Virus record (IMG/VR): IMGVR_UViG_3300045118_000170
Location: 1-56,982 of that record
DNA length: 56,982 nucleotides
Direction: 5' to 3' (one strand)
Origin: a virus
Lineage: Duplodnaviria; Caudoviricetes
Part shown: piece after piece, positions 25,582 through 35,150 of the stretch
How the letters are laid out: each line of letters starts with the position of its first letter
Numbering within the stretch: position 1 is the first letter of the stretch
Notes under the pieces: generated by a model
Databases searched by the model: none
What the model saw: only the letters and a program-made list of their open reading frames with translations
What the model was told of the DNA's origin: nothing
Translations under genes and position numbers: made by a program

Positions 25582-28103
25582 TCATGTCCTCCTTTCCACC
25601 GCAAACCGACTTTCATGGTACAAGGAATCGACAAATCGAAGCCGTAATACGACCTCGGTTGTTCCAACGACGTAACGAGGAAGTGAATGACATCATACGC
25701 TGTATCGGGGCGTAAAGACAAGAGCAACGAATCGTGGCCCTGGAGGTTAATGCGCCCCTCTTTCCACCCGCCACTGGCAAGGCGGGACCAAACCGGCACG
25801 AACCCCTGATGGTTCATCCAGAGCGCCACGTTGGATTGCGGGTCGAATGAGTACCCTCGCCGATAGGTGTCCTCGTTAAAGCGGTCGTAGGCAAACGAGA
25901 GGCGGTAGCCCCACACATTTTCAAGATACTTGTCCTGGATCATGCGAGCGCGGACCCACCGGAAAAAGTCGTGGCGTTCCGGGAGTCGCGCCCCGTAGGT
26001 ATCCAGCAGCCGTTGACATTCCTCCTTCGTTTTCACAAACCCGTCCTTGAGCACCTCATCCGCCATTTTTTGACCGTGCAGGTCCCGCCAACTTCCATGC
26101 ACGGTTTTCTTGCCGAAGTAGCGGAGTTTGGCCCACTCGTCCGGCGACACATCACGCTCTGTCACCCCGAAGATGAGGGTGGTGTTTTCACTATGTTGGT
26201 CGTACTCGTCAGGCCGAAGTCGGGCCTTTTCAAGCAAGTCTCTGTTCCCGGATACCATCGAGGCGAGGAGGTAATCTAGTCGTGCTTCGGCCTGTGCGCC
26301 GTCTACCTCCGCACTTAGGCACCCCTCATCCGCCAGAAACATATCCCGCGCTTCCCGGTCGATATTTTGCGCGTTGGACCCTGTCCCTTGAGGATTGGCG
26401 CTAGAGGATAACCGAGCCGCTTCTGTGTTCATCGAATAGGAGGAGCGTAAACGCCCATCCGGGTCCACCCGCTTCTCCTGGTAAAACGTCGAAAGTTGGA
26501 GGAGCCGCCGATGGGTCAGGATCAGCGTGCCGACCCGTTGAGGGAACCGATCTGGAAAGCGCGTCATCAGCTTGCGAACGGCCACCTCGTTGGCGCTCTC
26601 CGTGCGGTGCCCGGTGGTGCGCTTCGCCAGTTGAACCGGGAGTTGCAGGGTCGTGTAGAAGTAGGTCGTCAGCCGTTTTGTCGATAACCCCTTCTTCCCG
26701 TACAACTCAACACCCGCCTCCTGAGTCAAGTCTTGGCGTGTTTGGGCCATTGCCGCCTGTAACTCAGCCAAGCGGGTTTGTCGTCTCCCTTCATCGACAC
26801 GGAGACCCCACCGAGCCAGGTCATGGAGTGGAGCAAACAGCGGTATGTACAGGGCTTGATAGATGTCCCACCCGGTTTTCCCGTTGGCGCGGTGAGACCC
26901 CTCTAACCGTTGACGGTACACTGACGCCAGTTCCCGTGTCACGGCCGCGTCCTTCCCGTTGTAGGTGAGAAAGGCGCTCCAATTCGAGGTGTACTTCGAG
27001 GCCGTATCCGGGTCCTTGGCGGTATCTTTCCAATACGGTTCACGAGTGTCCACGCTTGCACAGAACGCGAGGGAGTGGGGGGCGGATGGGTCCAAACAGT
27101 GGTGCATCAGGAGCGTGTCGTATCTCCAATTCGTCAGCCCAATCCTTCGGTCGCTCAAGTACCATAAGTCGTAGTGTCCGTTGTGGAGGGCCTTCGCCGC
27201 CTCACACTCACAGAGCCGTTGAATCCACGTCCACGCCGCCGCGAGACGCGCCTCCTCTTTCCAGTAATCGAGGGTGGTCGGGACCGTCAACGAAAACAGG
27301 GGATCGCGGCTAAACCCCACACAGAGGATGTCGGGGTCCCCTTTCACGGTCTGATGCTTGATCCGCCCCTTCAACTTCCCGGTTTTGTAGCGGAGGGGAG
27401 CCCCATCCTCCCCCCGAAGCGGGATGCGCTCCTCCTTTCGGGGGTTCTCGATATCGAGGGCCAGGATCGGGTCGTAACAAGCGAGCGTCTCGTGATAGAA
27501 CGCTTCGAGGTCGGGCAAGGTCGGTGTAATAAAATGCTCACGCACAGGCAACCGGAGGTCGGGATGCTGCGCTTCGTCTCGAATCCGCTCAAAGTCGGCA
27601 AGGGCCTGCCGCTCTAAGGAGGGTTGACGGAAGGTGGCTGCTGGATGGATCGTCGGAATTACCTTGACCACCTGCCCATCCTGCATGGTGTACGGAAGGA
27701 TCGACCCTCGCCAGGCGATAATGCCGGGGCGACTCTCCTTCCCATCCCGACTATGCCAATGGACATTGCCCTTCCCGGTAAGGGCGTAGAGCGCATAGTT
27801 CCCTAGTGGGACGAGCACGACCGGCGAACACGCTTGAAGGCGTCGATGGAGGTCCTCGATCCACGGCATCAGCGATTCCTTACTGACTAAGGCCAGCTTG
27901 TCGTTCGGGACGCGGTATTGCACGAGATTATCAAAGTAGCACTCCTGTCGAGTGAGGCCGGCCCACTTGAGCCACATCGTCAAGACACGCCCTGCCGCGC
28001 CCACAAACGGCTCCCCCTTCTCGACTTCCTCACTGGCGGGGGCTTCGCCGATGAACACAATACGGGCGTGTGGGTTGCCCCAACCTAGGACTCGACGGTG
28101 CAT
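25506..28103 (-). CDS. polA: Family A DNA polymerase with N-terminal uracil-DNA glycosylase (family 4-like) and 3'-5' exonuclease domains
   Basis: UDG 'FIGEAP..EE..GEPFVGAAG', 'TIHPAA'; Exo 'LDIE', 'HNGHYD', 'YNGKD'; Pol 'RLSSS', 'DGAQAEAR', 'RYFGKKTVHG', 'PQSNVA', 'LQGHDS'. Confidence 0.92.
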   Translation of the reverse strand: MHRRVLGWGNPHARIVFIGEAPASEEVEKGEPFVGAAGRVLTMWLKWAGLTRQECYFDNLVQYRVPNDKLALVSKESLMPWIEDLHRRLQACSPVVLVPLGNYALYALTGKGNVHWHSRDGKESRPGIIAWRGSILPYTMQDGQVVKVIPTIHPAATFRQPSLERQALADFERIRDEAQHPDLRLPVREHFITPTLPDLEAFYHETLACYDPILALDIENPRKEERIPLRGEDGAPLRYKTGKLKGRIKHQTVKGDPDILCVGFSRDPLFSLTVPTTLDYWKEEARLAAAWTWIQRLCECEAAKALHNGHYDLWYLSDRRIGLTNWRYDTLLMHHCLDPSAPHSLAFCASVDTREPYWKDTAKDPDTASKYTSNWSAFLTYNGKDAAVTRELASVYRQRLEGSHRANGKTGWDIYQALYIPLFAPLHDLARWGLRVDEGRRQTRLAELQAAMAQTRQDLTQEAGVELYGKKGLSTKRLTTYFYTTLQLPVQLAKRTTGHRTESANEVAVRKLMTRFPDRFPQRVGTLILTHRRLLQLSTFYQEKRVDPDGRLRSSYSMNTEAARLSSSANPQGTGSNAQNIDREARDMFLADEGCLSAEVDGAQAEARLDYLLASMVSGNRDLLEKARLRPDEYDQHSENTTLIFGVTERDVSPDEWAKLRYFGKKTVHGSWRDLHGQKMADEVLKDGFVKTKEECQRLLDTYGARLPERHDFFRWVRARMIQDKYLENVWGYRLSFAYDRFNEDTYRRGYSFDPQSNVALWMNHQGFVPVWSRLASGGWKEGRINLQGHDSLLLSLRPDTAYDVIHFLVTSLEQPRSYYGFDLSIPCTMKVGLRWKGGHEWKRLPSRQEFERVVQDLYGSSLPG

Positions 28104-28360
28104 GCTGCAAGCGCCTCTCCAACGGTTGCTGGTCTGATTTCTTCGGGTGTCCACCCAAAGAGACGAGCCTCTCCCACTCCAATCGGGTGGCAGTAGTAGA
28201 GGAGCGTAATCGAAAAACTCTGTACGGTGTCGATCGTAAAAATCTCAAAGACGGAGCCTGGTCTCGCTCCTCCAGAAGTGTGATAAGTGGACAGCCATTG
28301 GAGATGCCTCTTCCCCTCCTCCGTCAAGACAACCAACATCCCGGCTTCCAACGGCGGCAT
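28085..28360 (-). CDS. SH3/KOW-like paralog family member
   Basis: LEAGMLVVL ... IRPATVGEAL. Confidence 0.75.
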   Translation of the reverse strand: MPPLEAGMLVVLTEEGKRHLQWLSTYHTSGGARPGSVFEIFTIDTVQSFSITLLYYCHPIGVGEARLFGWTPEEIRPATVGEALAACTVES

Positions 28361-28367
28361 AGACCCG

Positions 28368-28661
28368 TTACTCCTTCACGCTGGATTGGAGTACGTCACC
28401 AACTGTGGCTCGGTCTACTTCGTTTTCACGCAAACGGAGGAGTCCAGCCCCAGCAGGATAGGGACGAGCCGCATAGTAGCGGACCCCTGCTGAAATCATA
28501 GACCCCTCGATCTTGAGCAAACCGCTCGCACCGAACTCCCACCCTTCTCGTAAGACCCAAGCGGCGCGTAAATTAACCCGTTGTAAGTACCCTCTCCCTT
28601 TTGCATTCAACTTGACTAATGTTCCGTTTTCGTAAGGTGGAGAATGCTCTTCTTTCGTCAC
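28368..28661 (-). CDS. SH3/KOW-like paralog family member
   Basis: YENGTLVKL ... VDRATVGDVL. Confidence 0.75.
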   Translation of the reverse strand: MTKEEHSPPYENGTLVKLNAKGRGYLQRVNLRAAWVLREGWEFGASGLLKIEGSMISAGVRYYAARPYPAGAGLLRLRENEVDRATVGDVLQSSVKE

Positions 28662-28960
28662 AACGCGCCCTCCTGTATGTGCAACACCTCTCCGACCGTC
28701 GCCGGTTCAATCTCACCTGCCAGGAAATGGAGAGTGTTGTCGTCTCCATCGGCCTTGACGCGATCTTCGACAGGCTTGCAGGCATAACAGGGTAAACGAG
28801 GAGCACCCTGGACCGATACTACATGGAACAAAGGAGGGTTCTTCGTCTTTGCGAAGGACGGGCTAGACAGAGAGCGGCATATCTCGAAATACGTCCACCC
28901 CCGTTTCGTCACTCGAACGATTGTCCCGGCTTCGATGAAAGGAGACACAGTTCGCTCCAA
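28658..28960 (-). CDS. SH3/KOW-like paralog family member
   Basis: IEAGTIVRV ... IEPATVGEVL. Confidence 0.75.
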   Translation of the reverse strand: MERTVSPFIEAGTIVRVTKRGWTYFEICRSLSSPSFAKTKNPPLFHVVSVQGAPRLPCYACKPVEDRVKADGDDNTLHFLAGEIEPATVGEVLHIQEGAL

Positions 28961-28975
28961 CTTCGTTGAGCAATC

Positions 28976-29314
28976 CTACTCAGGACATTGAGTACCCGGC
29001 AAGTCAATTTGTTGGTATCGACTCCGTTCACGTTCAATATCCTCACGCCCTTTAAGGTAGTCAGCCAAGGAAAGTCGCGGGTAAATGTGCTCAAGGAGCC
29101 ATGATCCACCTAGTCGTCCATCCTTTCGTGTCATCCAACGAGCAAACGAGTGGGGTTTCGTAAAACCACAAGTATGAAATGAAGTATGGCGCATCGGCCA
29201 CCTTCCACCGACCCACCTCGTATACCACCAGTCAGAGTGCGGTTTTTCCCGTTTCAGGCACTCATAATAACTGCCGTGTACATCAACAAAACAGCCCGGT
29301 TCAAGCTGCGCCAT
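28976..29314 (-). CDS. SH3/KOW-like paralog family member
   Basis: LEPGCFVDV ... YPRLSLADYL; start inferred at MAQLE. Confidence 0.65.
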   Translation of the reverse strand: MAQLEPGCFVDVHGSYYECLKREKPHSDWWYTRWVGGRWPMRHTSFHTCGFTKPHSFARWMTRKDGRLGGSWLLEHIYPRLSLADYLKGREDIERERSRYQQIDLPGTQCPE

Positions 29315-29452
29315 ACATGCCTCCCACCCACTACAAAAAGCCGATTTTTTACCGAAGGCGGGAAACCGGCAAAACCCGCCTTTGGGCGGTAACGGTATGC
29401 ACACTACGGAGTCCCTCTTAAGCGACTCCCGCTACCGCCATAAAACGCGCGT

Positions 29453-30055
29453 CTACCCTCCAATCCGCTTCGGGATCGCGGATGTCGCCGCCATCGGCCT
29501 CGCTGGGGCTGGACCGACCGGCCTCGCCATCTGTGCTTGCGGGGTCGGCGGCGGGATCGTTTGGCTCCCATTTGCGGGTGGTGCCCCTTTCTCGACATGG
29601 GGGGCCTTTTCGCCCTCCGCAAACCACCGGGAGACGTTGGCACGGGTCCGACCTGCGTATGGGTTCTCCTTCCCTCCACGCAGTGCAGGTTCCTGCTTAT
29701 GCGTGACCAAGCCCAACACTCGACGGTCCTTGACGGCAGAGCACACCAAGTCGGTATCCTGCCCCTCGAACGTCACGCCACAATGCTCCACAAACTGCTT
29801 GAGACGGCTGGCCCGCTTCACCCAGGTTTCGTCCTGAGAGGCATTGGGGTCCTCCTCGGTCCCAATGAAGAACAACTCGGTGTGCGTCAAGCCGACCACC
29901 TCCTGCGGCTCCAGCGCCGCCAAGCTCGCACGAAACGCCACCTGAGCCATGTCCCCGATTTTGTCTTCGGTGAGGCTGTCCACCCGCCACAGGATCAACC
30001 CCTGCGGTGGCACCTCGAACGGCTCTTTCACGCCGACTGGTACAATTCGTCCCAT
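29453..30055 (-). CDS. Putative ssDNA-binding protein (DUF669-like)
   Basis: 'FEVPPQG', 'RLKQFVEHCG', Pro/Ala tail; near the AAA_24 ATPase; RBS AAAGGAGG. Confidence 0.65.
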   Translation of the reverse strand: MGRIVPVGVKEPFEVPPQGLILWRVDSLTEDKIGDMAQVAFRASLAALEPQEVVGLTHTELFFIGTEEDPNASQDETWVKRASRLKQFVEHCGVTFEGQDTDLVCSAVKDRRVLGLVTHKQEPALRGGKENPYAGRTRANVSRWFAEGEKAPHVEKGAPPANGSQTIPPPTPQAQMARPVGPAPARPMAATSAIPKRIGG

Positions 30056-30114
30056 AACGCTACTCCTCCTTTTGAGTAAACAGAAAAACGGCTGCTTGTA
30101 GGGAGCCGTCGAAC

Positions 30115-30378
30115 CTATGTCCACGCGAAGAATCGACGCCACCACACTTGCTGCTTCTTCGATACGTGCAGGTCACGCAGTTCCTCAAGGGACTGCCTCA
30201 ACGCTTGCGCCTCACTGAGTTCAGCCCACAACTTGACGCGGATCGCCGTCGAAGTTGGAATAGAGGAGGTCCTTCGATGGGTATACTGTCGCAGCGCACT
30301 GCCATCCACCCCAATCCCCTGTGCGACAACACCCATCCCCCACCGAGCACAGATCGCCTTCAACTCATTCCCCGTCAT
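30115..30378 (-). CDS. HTH DNA-binding protein with coiled-coil tail
   Basis: 'MTGNELKAI..VAQGIGVDGSALRQY..IP'. Confidence 0.6.
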   Translation of the reverse strand: MTGNELKAICARWGMGVVAQGIGVDGSALRQYTHRRTSSIPTSTAIRVKLWAELSEAQALRQSLEELRDLHVSKKQQVWWRRFFAWT

Positions 30379-30397
30379 CGCCCCCACCCCCTTTCGG

Positions 30398-30691
30398 TTA
30401 AAGAATACGACAGCAGCGGAGGAAATCCCTAAACTCACGCACATCCTTCCGAAGCCCCTTCACATAAAAGTCCGAGCCAAAAAACCGGCGGTCCTCCCGG
30501 TAACTCAAGGGGTGTTTACGGCCAGACACGCGCCCAAGGAAGTTCATATAGTCGAGAACCGTCTGTACTTGTCGTCGATCGCGCCGACTCACCAACACAA
30601 ACGGGACCGCAATCTCTTCATCGTCGGGTCCCGGCGCACACGCACAACGAACCGGAGTGCTCTTTTTTTTGCTTACTTGTAATTTGACCAT
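30398..30691 (-). CDS. Hypothetical protein
   Basis: ORF coupled to the AAA_24 gene. Confidence 0.5.
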   Translation of the reverse strand: MVKLQVSKKKSTPVRCACAPGPDDEEIAVPFVLVSRRDRRQVQTVLDYMNFLGRVSGRKHPLSYREDRRFFGSDFYVKGLRKDVREFRDFLRCCRIL

Positions 30692-31437
30692 AAAGCCTCG
30701 TAGGTCGGCTCGCAGCCGTCTGGAGCGTTAATTTGACTCGCGGCATACCAAATGTTGTCGGCCTGGGTTTGGAGGGCAAACATGCGCTCCTTGCCCGTGC
30801 CCGCTTTCACGTAGGCCCGATAAGTTTCTCCGTAGCCCGCTGGCAACTCTCCAATCAACTGCCCGACCGCATTCGCGCCGCGCAGAAGGCCCTCCCCAAA
30901 CTCATCCTTCCGGTCGGAGACGTGCGCGATCACGACCACGTTGGTTTTGAGCCACACGAAACGGGCCAGAAGTTGCGACACCAACTCCCGCCGCAAGTCC
31001 GCATAGTAGAGACGAGGCTCCTTATATTGTTTGTTGAGGACCTTTTCGTCATACCGAAGGAAGGCGTTTTGGAGGAAGGTGAGCGAGTCCAAAATGATGG
31101 TGCCCCAACCGGCGGCTTCGCTGGACAACGACGGAACTCGATCCACGAACTTTTGGTAGGCCGTCGGTTGGCTGGGGTCCGGGTCAGCATAATACTCGAT
31201 CCGTGAAAGGACCGCCCCGGTTTGCCGGTCCGACACTTGCACGGCTTCAAGGCCAAGCTGGGTATAAAAAGGGTCTTGCACAGGCTCGACATTGCCGCGC
31301 TGCAAGAACGGGGTCATCTTATCGTAAGGATCGAATGCGAGAACAAGGTGGGGAGTCGGGAAAGTGCCCGCAAACCGCGTTTTGTACATCCCGGTGGCAC
31401 CATACACGAGACAATGGATCAATGGGTAATCAGCCAT
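30673..31437 (-). CDS. AAA_24/Sak4-like ATPase (recombinase-associated)
   Basis: 'LVYGATGMYKTRFAGTFP', 'TIILDSLT', 'NVVVIAH', 'EPTYEAL'. Confidence 0.85.
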   Translation of the reverse strand: MADYPLIHCLVYGATGMYKTRFAGTFPTPHLVLAFDPYDKMTPFLQRGNVEPVQDPFYTQLGLEAVQVSDRQTGAVLSRIEYYADPDPSQPTAYQKFVDRVPSLSSEAAGWGTIILDSLTFLQNAFLRYDEKVLNKQYKEPRLYYADLRRELVSQLLARFVWLKTNVVVIAHVSDRKDEFGEGLLRGANAVGQLIGELPAGYGETYRAYVKAGTGKERMFALQTQADNIWYAASQINAPDGCEPTYEALWSNYK

Positions 31438-31485
31438 GTGTAAGACCTCGTAAGCACGTTAAGGGTGAAGGAGATTCGTTTGTTG

Positions 31486-31722
31486 TTAGGGGTCGAGGGC
31501 GAGCCACTCGGCAACCGACAACTTTCGACACTGGCCGTCATGGACAGTCATAAGCCCGAACTGGTTAGTCAATACAGATATCTCCCACTCGTCATCGCAC
31601 GTCGAACATTCCTGTATTCTTGTAATGAGCCCAAGGGAAAGCTTTTCACCCACTGTGACCTCTATAATATCTCCTTCCTCCAACAAAAGAGGAACACGCT
31701 GTTGGTGGCTCATGTGAATCAT
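31486..31722 (-). CDS. SH3/KOW-like paralog family member
   Basis: LEEGDIIEV ... CRKLSVAEWL. Confidence 0.65.
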   Translation of the reverse strand: MIHMSHQQRVPLLLEEGDIIEVTVGEKLSLGLITRIQECSTCDDEWEISVLTNQFGLMTVHDGQCRKLSVAEWLALDP

Positions 31723-31745
31723 ACTCGCCTCCCCCAACCGTGAGT

Positions 31746-32189
31746 TTACTCCGCCGCCCGTGTGTATGTCAAGACCTCGCCCACCGTCGCCACTTCCACC
31801 CCAACCTCCGGCGAAAACCACACCCACAACCCGCGTTGCGGAGCTTCATCTTTCGCTGCCGGAAGTTCAATCTCCTGCTGAAACTCAATAAGGACCGACA
31901 ACCAGGCAAGAGACTGAGGCCGTAGCGCCGTTGCTTGAATCTGTCTCACGGTTGGAACAAGCGGCTGACTGCGCTGAATCCAGTAGCAATACGGACCCAC
32001 CCGAACAAGGTAATGGAGGGAGGTGAGGCAATAGAGTCCGTCTGGGATCGAAGCAGGGATTGGGACTGTCTTAGTGGTTGATATCGCGCCAGGCAGAGAA
32101 CTAGGCCCTTGCGACAATCCCTGGTTAGGGAGGCTTCCCATCCCACGCCCTAGAAGAGAGGACCACGCCCCAGCTAGACTCTTTTTCAT
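31746..32189 (-). CDS. Paralog family member (C-terminal motif)
   Basis: IPDGLYCL ... VEVATVGEVL. Confidence 0.65.
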   Translation of the reverse strand: MKKSLAGAWSSLLGRGMGSLPNQGLSQGPSSLPGAISTTKTVPIPASIPDGLYCLTSLHYLVRVGPYCYWIQRSQPLVPTVRQIQATALRPQSLAWLSVLIEFQQEIELPAAKDEAPQRGLWVWFSPEVGVEVATVGEVLTYTRAAE

Positions 32190-32210
32190 CCTTCACCGTC
32201 CTTCTCTCAT

Positions 32211-33155
32211 TCACGCCACCTCGCCCACCGTATGGAGCGGGTCCCACGGCGAATGCACCAACATTCCTTGAACAAGGTCGGGGTTTCTTGGCGTCGTACA
32301 AATAGTCTGAAACTCACACCATTGACAAGCGTTCGTGAACGTCCCCTCCTGCGCGAGGGAGGGAAGAGATTGAATCGTGGGAGCCTCCTCCATGACCTGC
32401 TGATACCGCCGCGCCAATTTAAGCGCGTCCGCCTTCCACCCCTTGAGGAACTCTTCATCCCGTGGAAACTCCCCCAACAACTGCGCCTTCGCGTGCGAGA
32501 GCCGACATTCCTTGTACTTGACATGGTGGGTCCGACATTTCCACTCGTCATTGTCGGGGAGTTTGGGAAGCTCAATGACGTTAATCAGAGCACCCGTCAC
32601 GGATTGGTTGATTGAGGCTCCTTGTACTGTTCCATGCCGCGCCCCCCAGACATACCCACTCAGTTGGGACGAGAGGTGCCACTTCCCCTGCCACGTCTCC
32701 GTGATCCGTCCTGTAAACTTATGGTCAAGCACGAGGAGGCGATCCCGCACCTGGACTAAGGCATCGAGGCGTCCAACAAGTACGATATCCCCATTGTCGT
32801 CCAAAGGGGCTTGAAAGCCGACCTCGATCAAGTCGGGAAGGACGGTGTATGGTAAGCTCGTAAGCGGGTGTGTTTGCAACCAGGCGAAGAGGATCGCCTG
32901 GACATTCGAGGCGCTCAGCCGTTCTTCGGTCGGGATGTTCTGCTGCGCCCATTGGGTGTACGGAGCAAGGTAGGTCAAGGCTTGGGCAATCGACGCGCCG
33001 CCGAAGTAGGCCGCAAGGACTCGGTGCCCCACCTGTCCGCTGAACAACTCCGCCCGCTGTTCCTTGTTGGTGTACCCCCATAAGTAGCGTAAGGCGGCTT
33101 TCGTCGTACAGGTCTGCATCGCGGCCAGCGTGGAGTTGTCAATGTAAAGGGGCAT
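32211..33155 (-). CDS. PD-(D/E)XK Cas4/RecB-like exonuclease
   Basis: 'IDNS..QTC', 'GRLDAL', 'LDHKFT', 'QLSGY', 'CQWCEF..IC'. Confidence 0.88.
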   Translation of the reverse strand: MPLYIDNSTLAAMQTCTTKAALRYLWGYTNKEQRAELFSGQVGHRVLAAYFGGASIAQALTYLAPYTQWAQQNIPTEERLSASNVQAILFAWLQTHPLTSLPYTVLPDLIEVGFQAPLDDNGDIVLVGRLDALVQVRDRLLVLDHKFTGRITETWQGKWHLSSQLSGYVWGARHGTVQGASINQSVTGALINVIELPKLPDNDEWKCRTHHVKYKECRLSHAKAQLLGEFPRDEEFLKGWKADALKLARRYQQVMEEAPTIQSLPSLAQEGTFTNACQWCEFQTICTTPRNPDLVQGMLVHSPWDPLHTVGEVA

Positions 33156-33174
33156 TGGGCTTCCTCCGTTGTTC

Positions 33175-33450
33175 CTACCCTTGAGGCATGTCCGCGAACA
33201 ACCCCGCCTCCCTTGCCCGAAAGTAGTCTCCAGCACTCGCCTCTGTCAGGTGACGAGAAGATACATACCACTCACAACAACAACCAGGAGGAGGGGCTGG
33301 ATAATCCCGTTCTCCGGGTGAAGAGGAAAAACGGCAAGCTGTCGCATGGGACGTATTCGTGTGGACCGGGCAAGCCACCACCACCGCTAAACGGTTGGGG
33401 TAAAATGTACAGTGTACCAACGTCCCGACCTCAAACGGCGCTTTCGACAT
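33175..33450 (-). CDS. SH3/KOW-like paralog family member
   Basis: PFEVGTLV ... LTEASAGDYF. Confidence 0.75.
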   Translation of the reverse strand: MSKAPFEVGTLVHCTFYPNRLAVVVACPVHTNTSHATACRFSSSPGERDYPAPPPGCCCEWYVSSRHLTEASAGDYFRAREAGLFADMPQG

Positions 33451-33685
33451 GGAACAACTCCCCTACGGTAATCAGCTCAAGAGAACTATAATACCCGATC
33501 CATTCCTGGTAAGAGCTTCTGCTTATTAGTAAGCCATCTGCCGAAACATGAAGGCCAGGACCTCGATAAAGCAGGCAATCCACCGCGTTTGCGGAGAGAG
33601 GGCTTGGCCCCTTTACCTGAAAGATGGAGCCAGGGAAGTGCTTATGTCTCACCAACAGGCCGGGGTCGCACTTGTCTTTGTTCAT
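33431..33685 (-). CDS. SH3/KOW-like paralog family member
   Basis: CDPGLLVRH ... LELITVGELF. Confidence 0.75.
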   Translation of the reverse strand: MNKDKCDPGLLVRHKHFPGSIFQVKGPSPLSANAVDCLLYRGPGLHVSADGLLISRSSYQEWIGYYSSLELITVGELFHVESAV

Positions 33686-33777
33686 GTTAGTACAACCAAA
33701 CCCGTGACCAGATCACCAGGCTGAGAAGGACAAAGGCCAGCACAAGTCCCGCCACTTGGAGCGCGTCTCGCGTGGCG

Positions 33778-34053
33778 TCATTCATCCCTGCGTTCGACTT
33801 GCGACAGCACTACGCCTACACGACAAGGAGAAATGGAGCTAAAGCGGACTAAGTAGCGCCCTGGATACTCAAAAGCGGAGTGTCCATCAACCCGAAACAA
33901 ATCCCCCCGTCCGGGCACTGGAGCACCCTGTATTCGGACAAAGACGTAGCCAACGAGAGTCATCGGTTCTGCGACCTCATCCACCTCAAACACACGCCCT
34001 GGAGCTTGGCGGTGTTCAACAAGGAGCCCCTTTTCTAACTTGTCGGGGTCCAT
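33778..34053 (-). CDS. SH3/KOW-like paralog family member
   Basis: LEKGLLVEH ... ISPCRVGVVL. Confidence 0.7.
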   Translation of the reverse strand: MDPDKLEKGLLVEHRQAPGRVFEVDEVAEPMTLVGYVFVRIQGAPVPGRGDLFRVDGHSAFEYPGRYLVRFSSISPCRVGVVLSQVERRDE

Positions 34054-34063
34054 CGTCCACCTC

Positions 34064-34345
34064 CTAGGCTCTCGCCAACGCTTCGCCCACCGAGCAAGGA
34101 GTCAAGTGTCTCGCGGACACAAGGTAAAAATGACGCCCGCGAGAGGGCGGGTAGCGTGAACGGTAAAAATCAGGGGGAAGTGTCGAAGGCCAGCCTCTTC
34201 TATTGGAGGGATGCTCCACAATCTGCACATATTGGGCGGAGTGGAAAGGAGCAGATAGACCATCAGGGGAACAGACCTCCAACACAAGTCCAGTGGCGTC
34301 TCGATGGACCACCAATAAACCGTCTATCCACCCTAATTGTTTCAT
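34064..34345 (-). CDS. SH3/KOW-like paralog family member
   Basis: WIDGLLVVH ... LTPCSVGEAL. Confidence 0.75.
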   Translation of the reverse strand: MKQLGWIDGLLVVHRDATGLVLEVCSPDGLSAPFHSAQYVQIVEHPSNRRGWPSTLPPDFYRSRYPPSRGRHFYLVSARHLTPCSVGEALARA

Positions 34346-34630
34346 CTACCCTCTAAATCCCCGCGTACCGGCCATCTTCAACCACGTGCCCACACCGAAA
34401 CTTGCGATCCTCCCCCGCTCGATCCTGTTCCCGCTGGAGAGCGCGTGTCGCTTCCTCGGTTGCATGCAGACGACATAGCGCAATGCGAAGGCCATGTCGG
34501 TACCAACACCCACAAGGGGCTTCTTGGGTGGTTTTGACTTTGCTCATCTTCAAGCCCTCCTTGAAGCATGGATAGAGCCGTAGTGGACAGCCTTGCTCTC
34601 CTTTCCTTATCGGCACCTTCTACTGCGTAA

Positions 34631-34879
34631 TTATCCCACCCATACTCGCCGGTAACAGGTAACAGGTTCCCTGAATGTCCCGTCCGGTTTCACACCATGA
34701 AACTCCGCACACCAACAGTTTTCGCCGCAAGGCCGCTCCTGCAATGTCGCTACTAGAAGTCCATAGTGTATGGCTTCGTCTTGAAGGTCCCAAAGATCAA
34801 TCGAACCCCCATCCGGCCAATTATCGAGTATCGCTTTTGCAAAACCTTCGTAGTCCGGTTGACTCTCCCCTTTTTCCAT
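34631..34879 (-). CDS. Hypothetical Cys-containing phage protein
   Basis: 'PCGENCWCAE..TCYR'. Confidence 0.6.
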   Translation of the reverse strand: MEKGESQPDYEGFAKAILDNWPDGGSIDLWDLQDEAIHYGLLVATLQERPCGENCWCAEFHGVKPDGTFREPVTCYRRVWVG

Positions 34880-34894
34880 CTTAGGGGCCTTTCT

Positions 34895-35122
34895 CTAGCC
34901 GAGCGGAAGGGGTAACGGCGGCGGCGGGGGTGGCGGTGCCCAAATCGGCAAGCACGTCGTCGTAGGGACCGGGCCAGGGCACGTCGTACACTGGTACATC
35001 GTCCCGTCCGGCCCAAACACCACCTGCACTGTACAGGCCCACACCAAGGCCGCGGCACAGGCCACCAACAGAAGCACGATGATCCACGCAAGCGCCGTGC
35101 GAGCTCCGCGATGATTGAACAT
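34895..35122 (-). CDS. Small exported Cys/Pro-rich protein
   Basis: Signal-peptide-like N-terminus, four Cys in the mature part, poly-Pro tail; RBS GGAGG. Confidence 0.6.
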   Translation of the reverse strand: MFNHRGARTALAWIIVLLLVACAAALVWACTVQVVFGPDGTMYQCTTCPGPVPTTTCLPIWAPPPPPPPLPLPLG

Positions 35123-35150
35123 GGTTATTCCCTCCCCAGGGACGGTTTGT

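Noticed and set aside
32211-33155. Cas4 as evidence of a CRISPR system
   Set aside because: Sits near the AAA_24 ATPase and SSB as a typical phage recombination exonuclease
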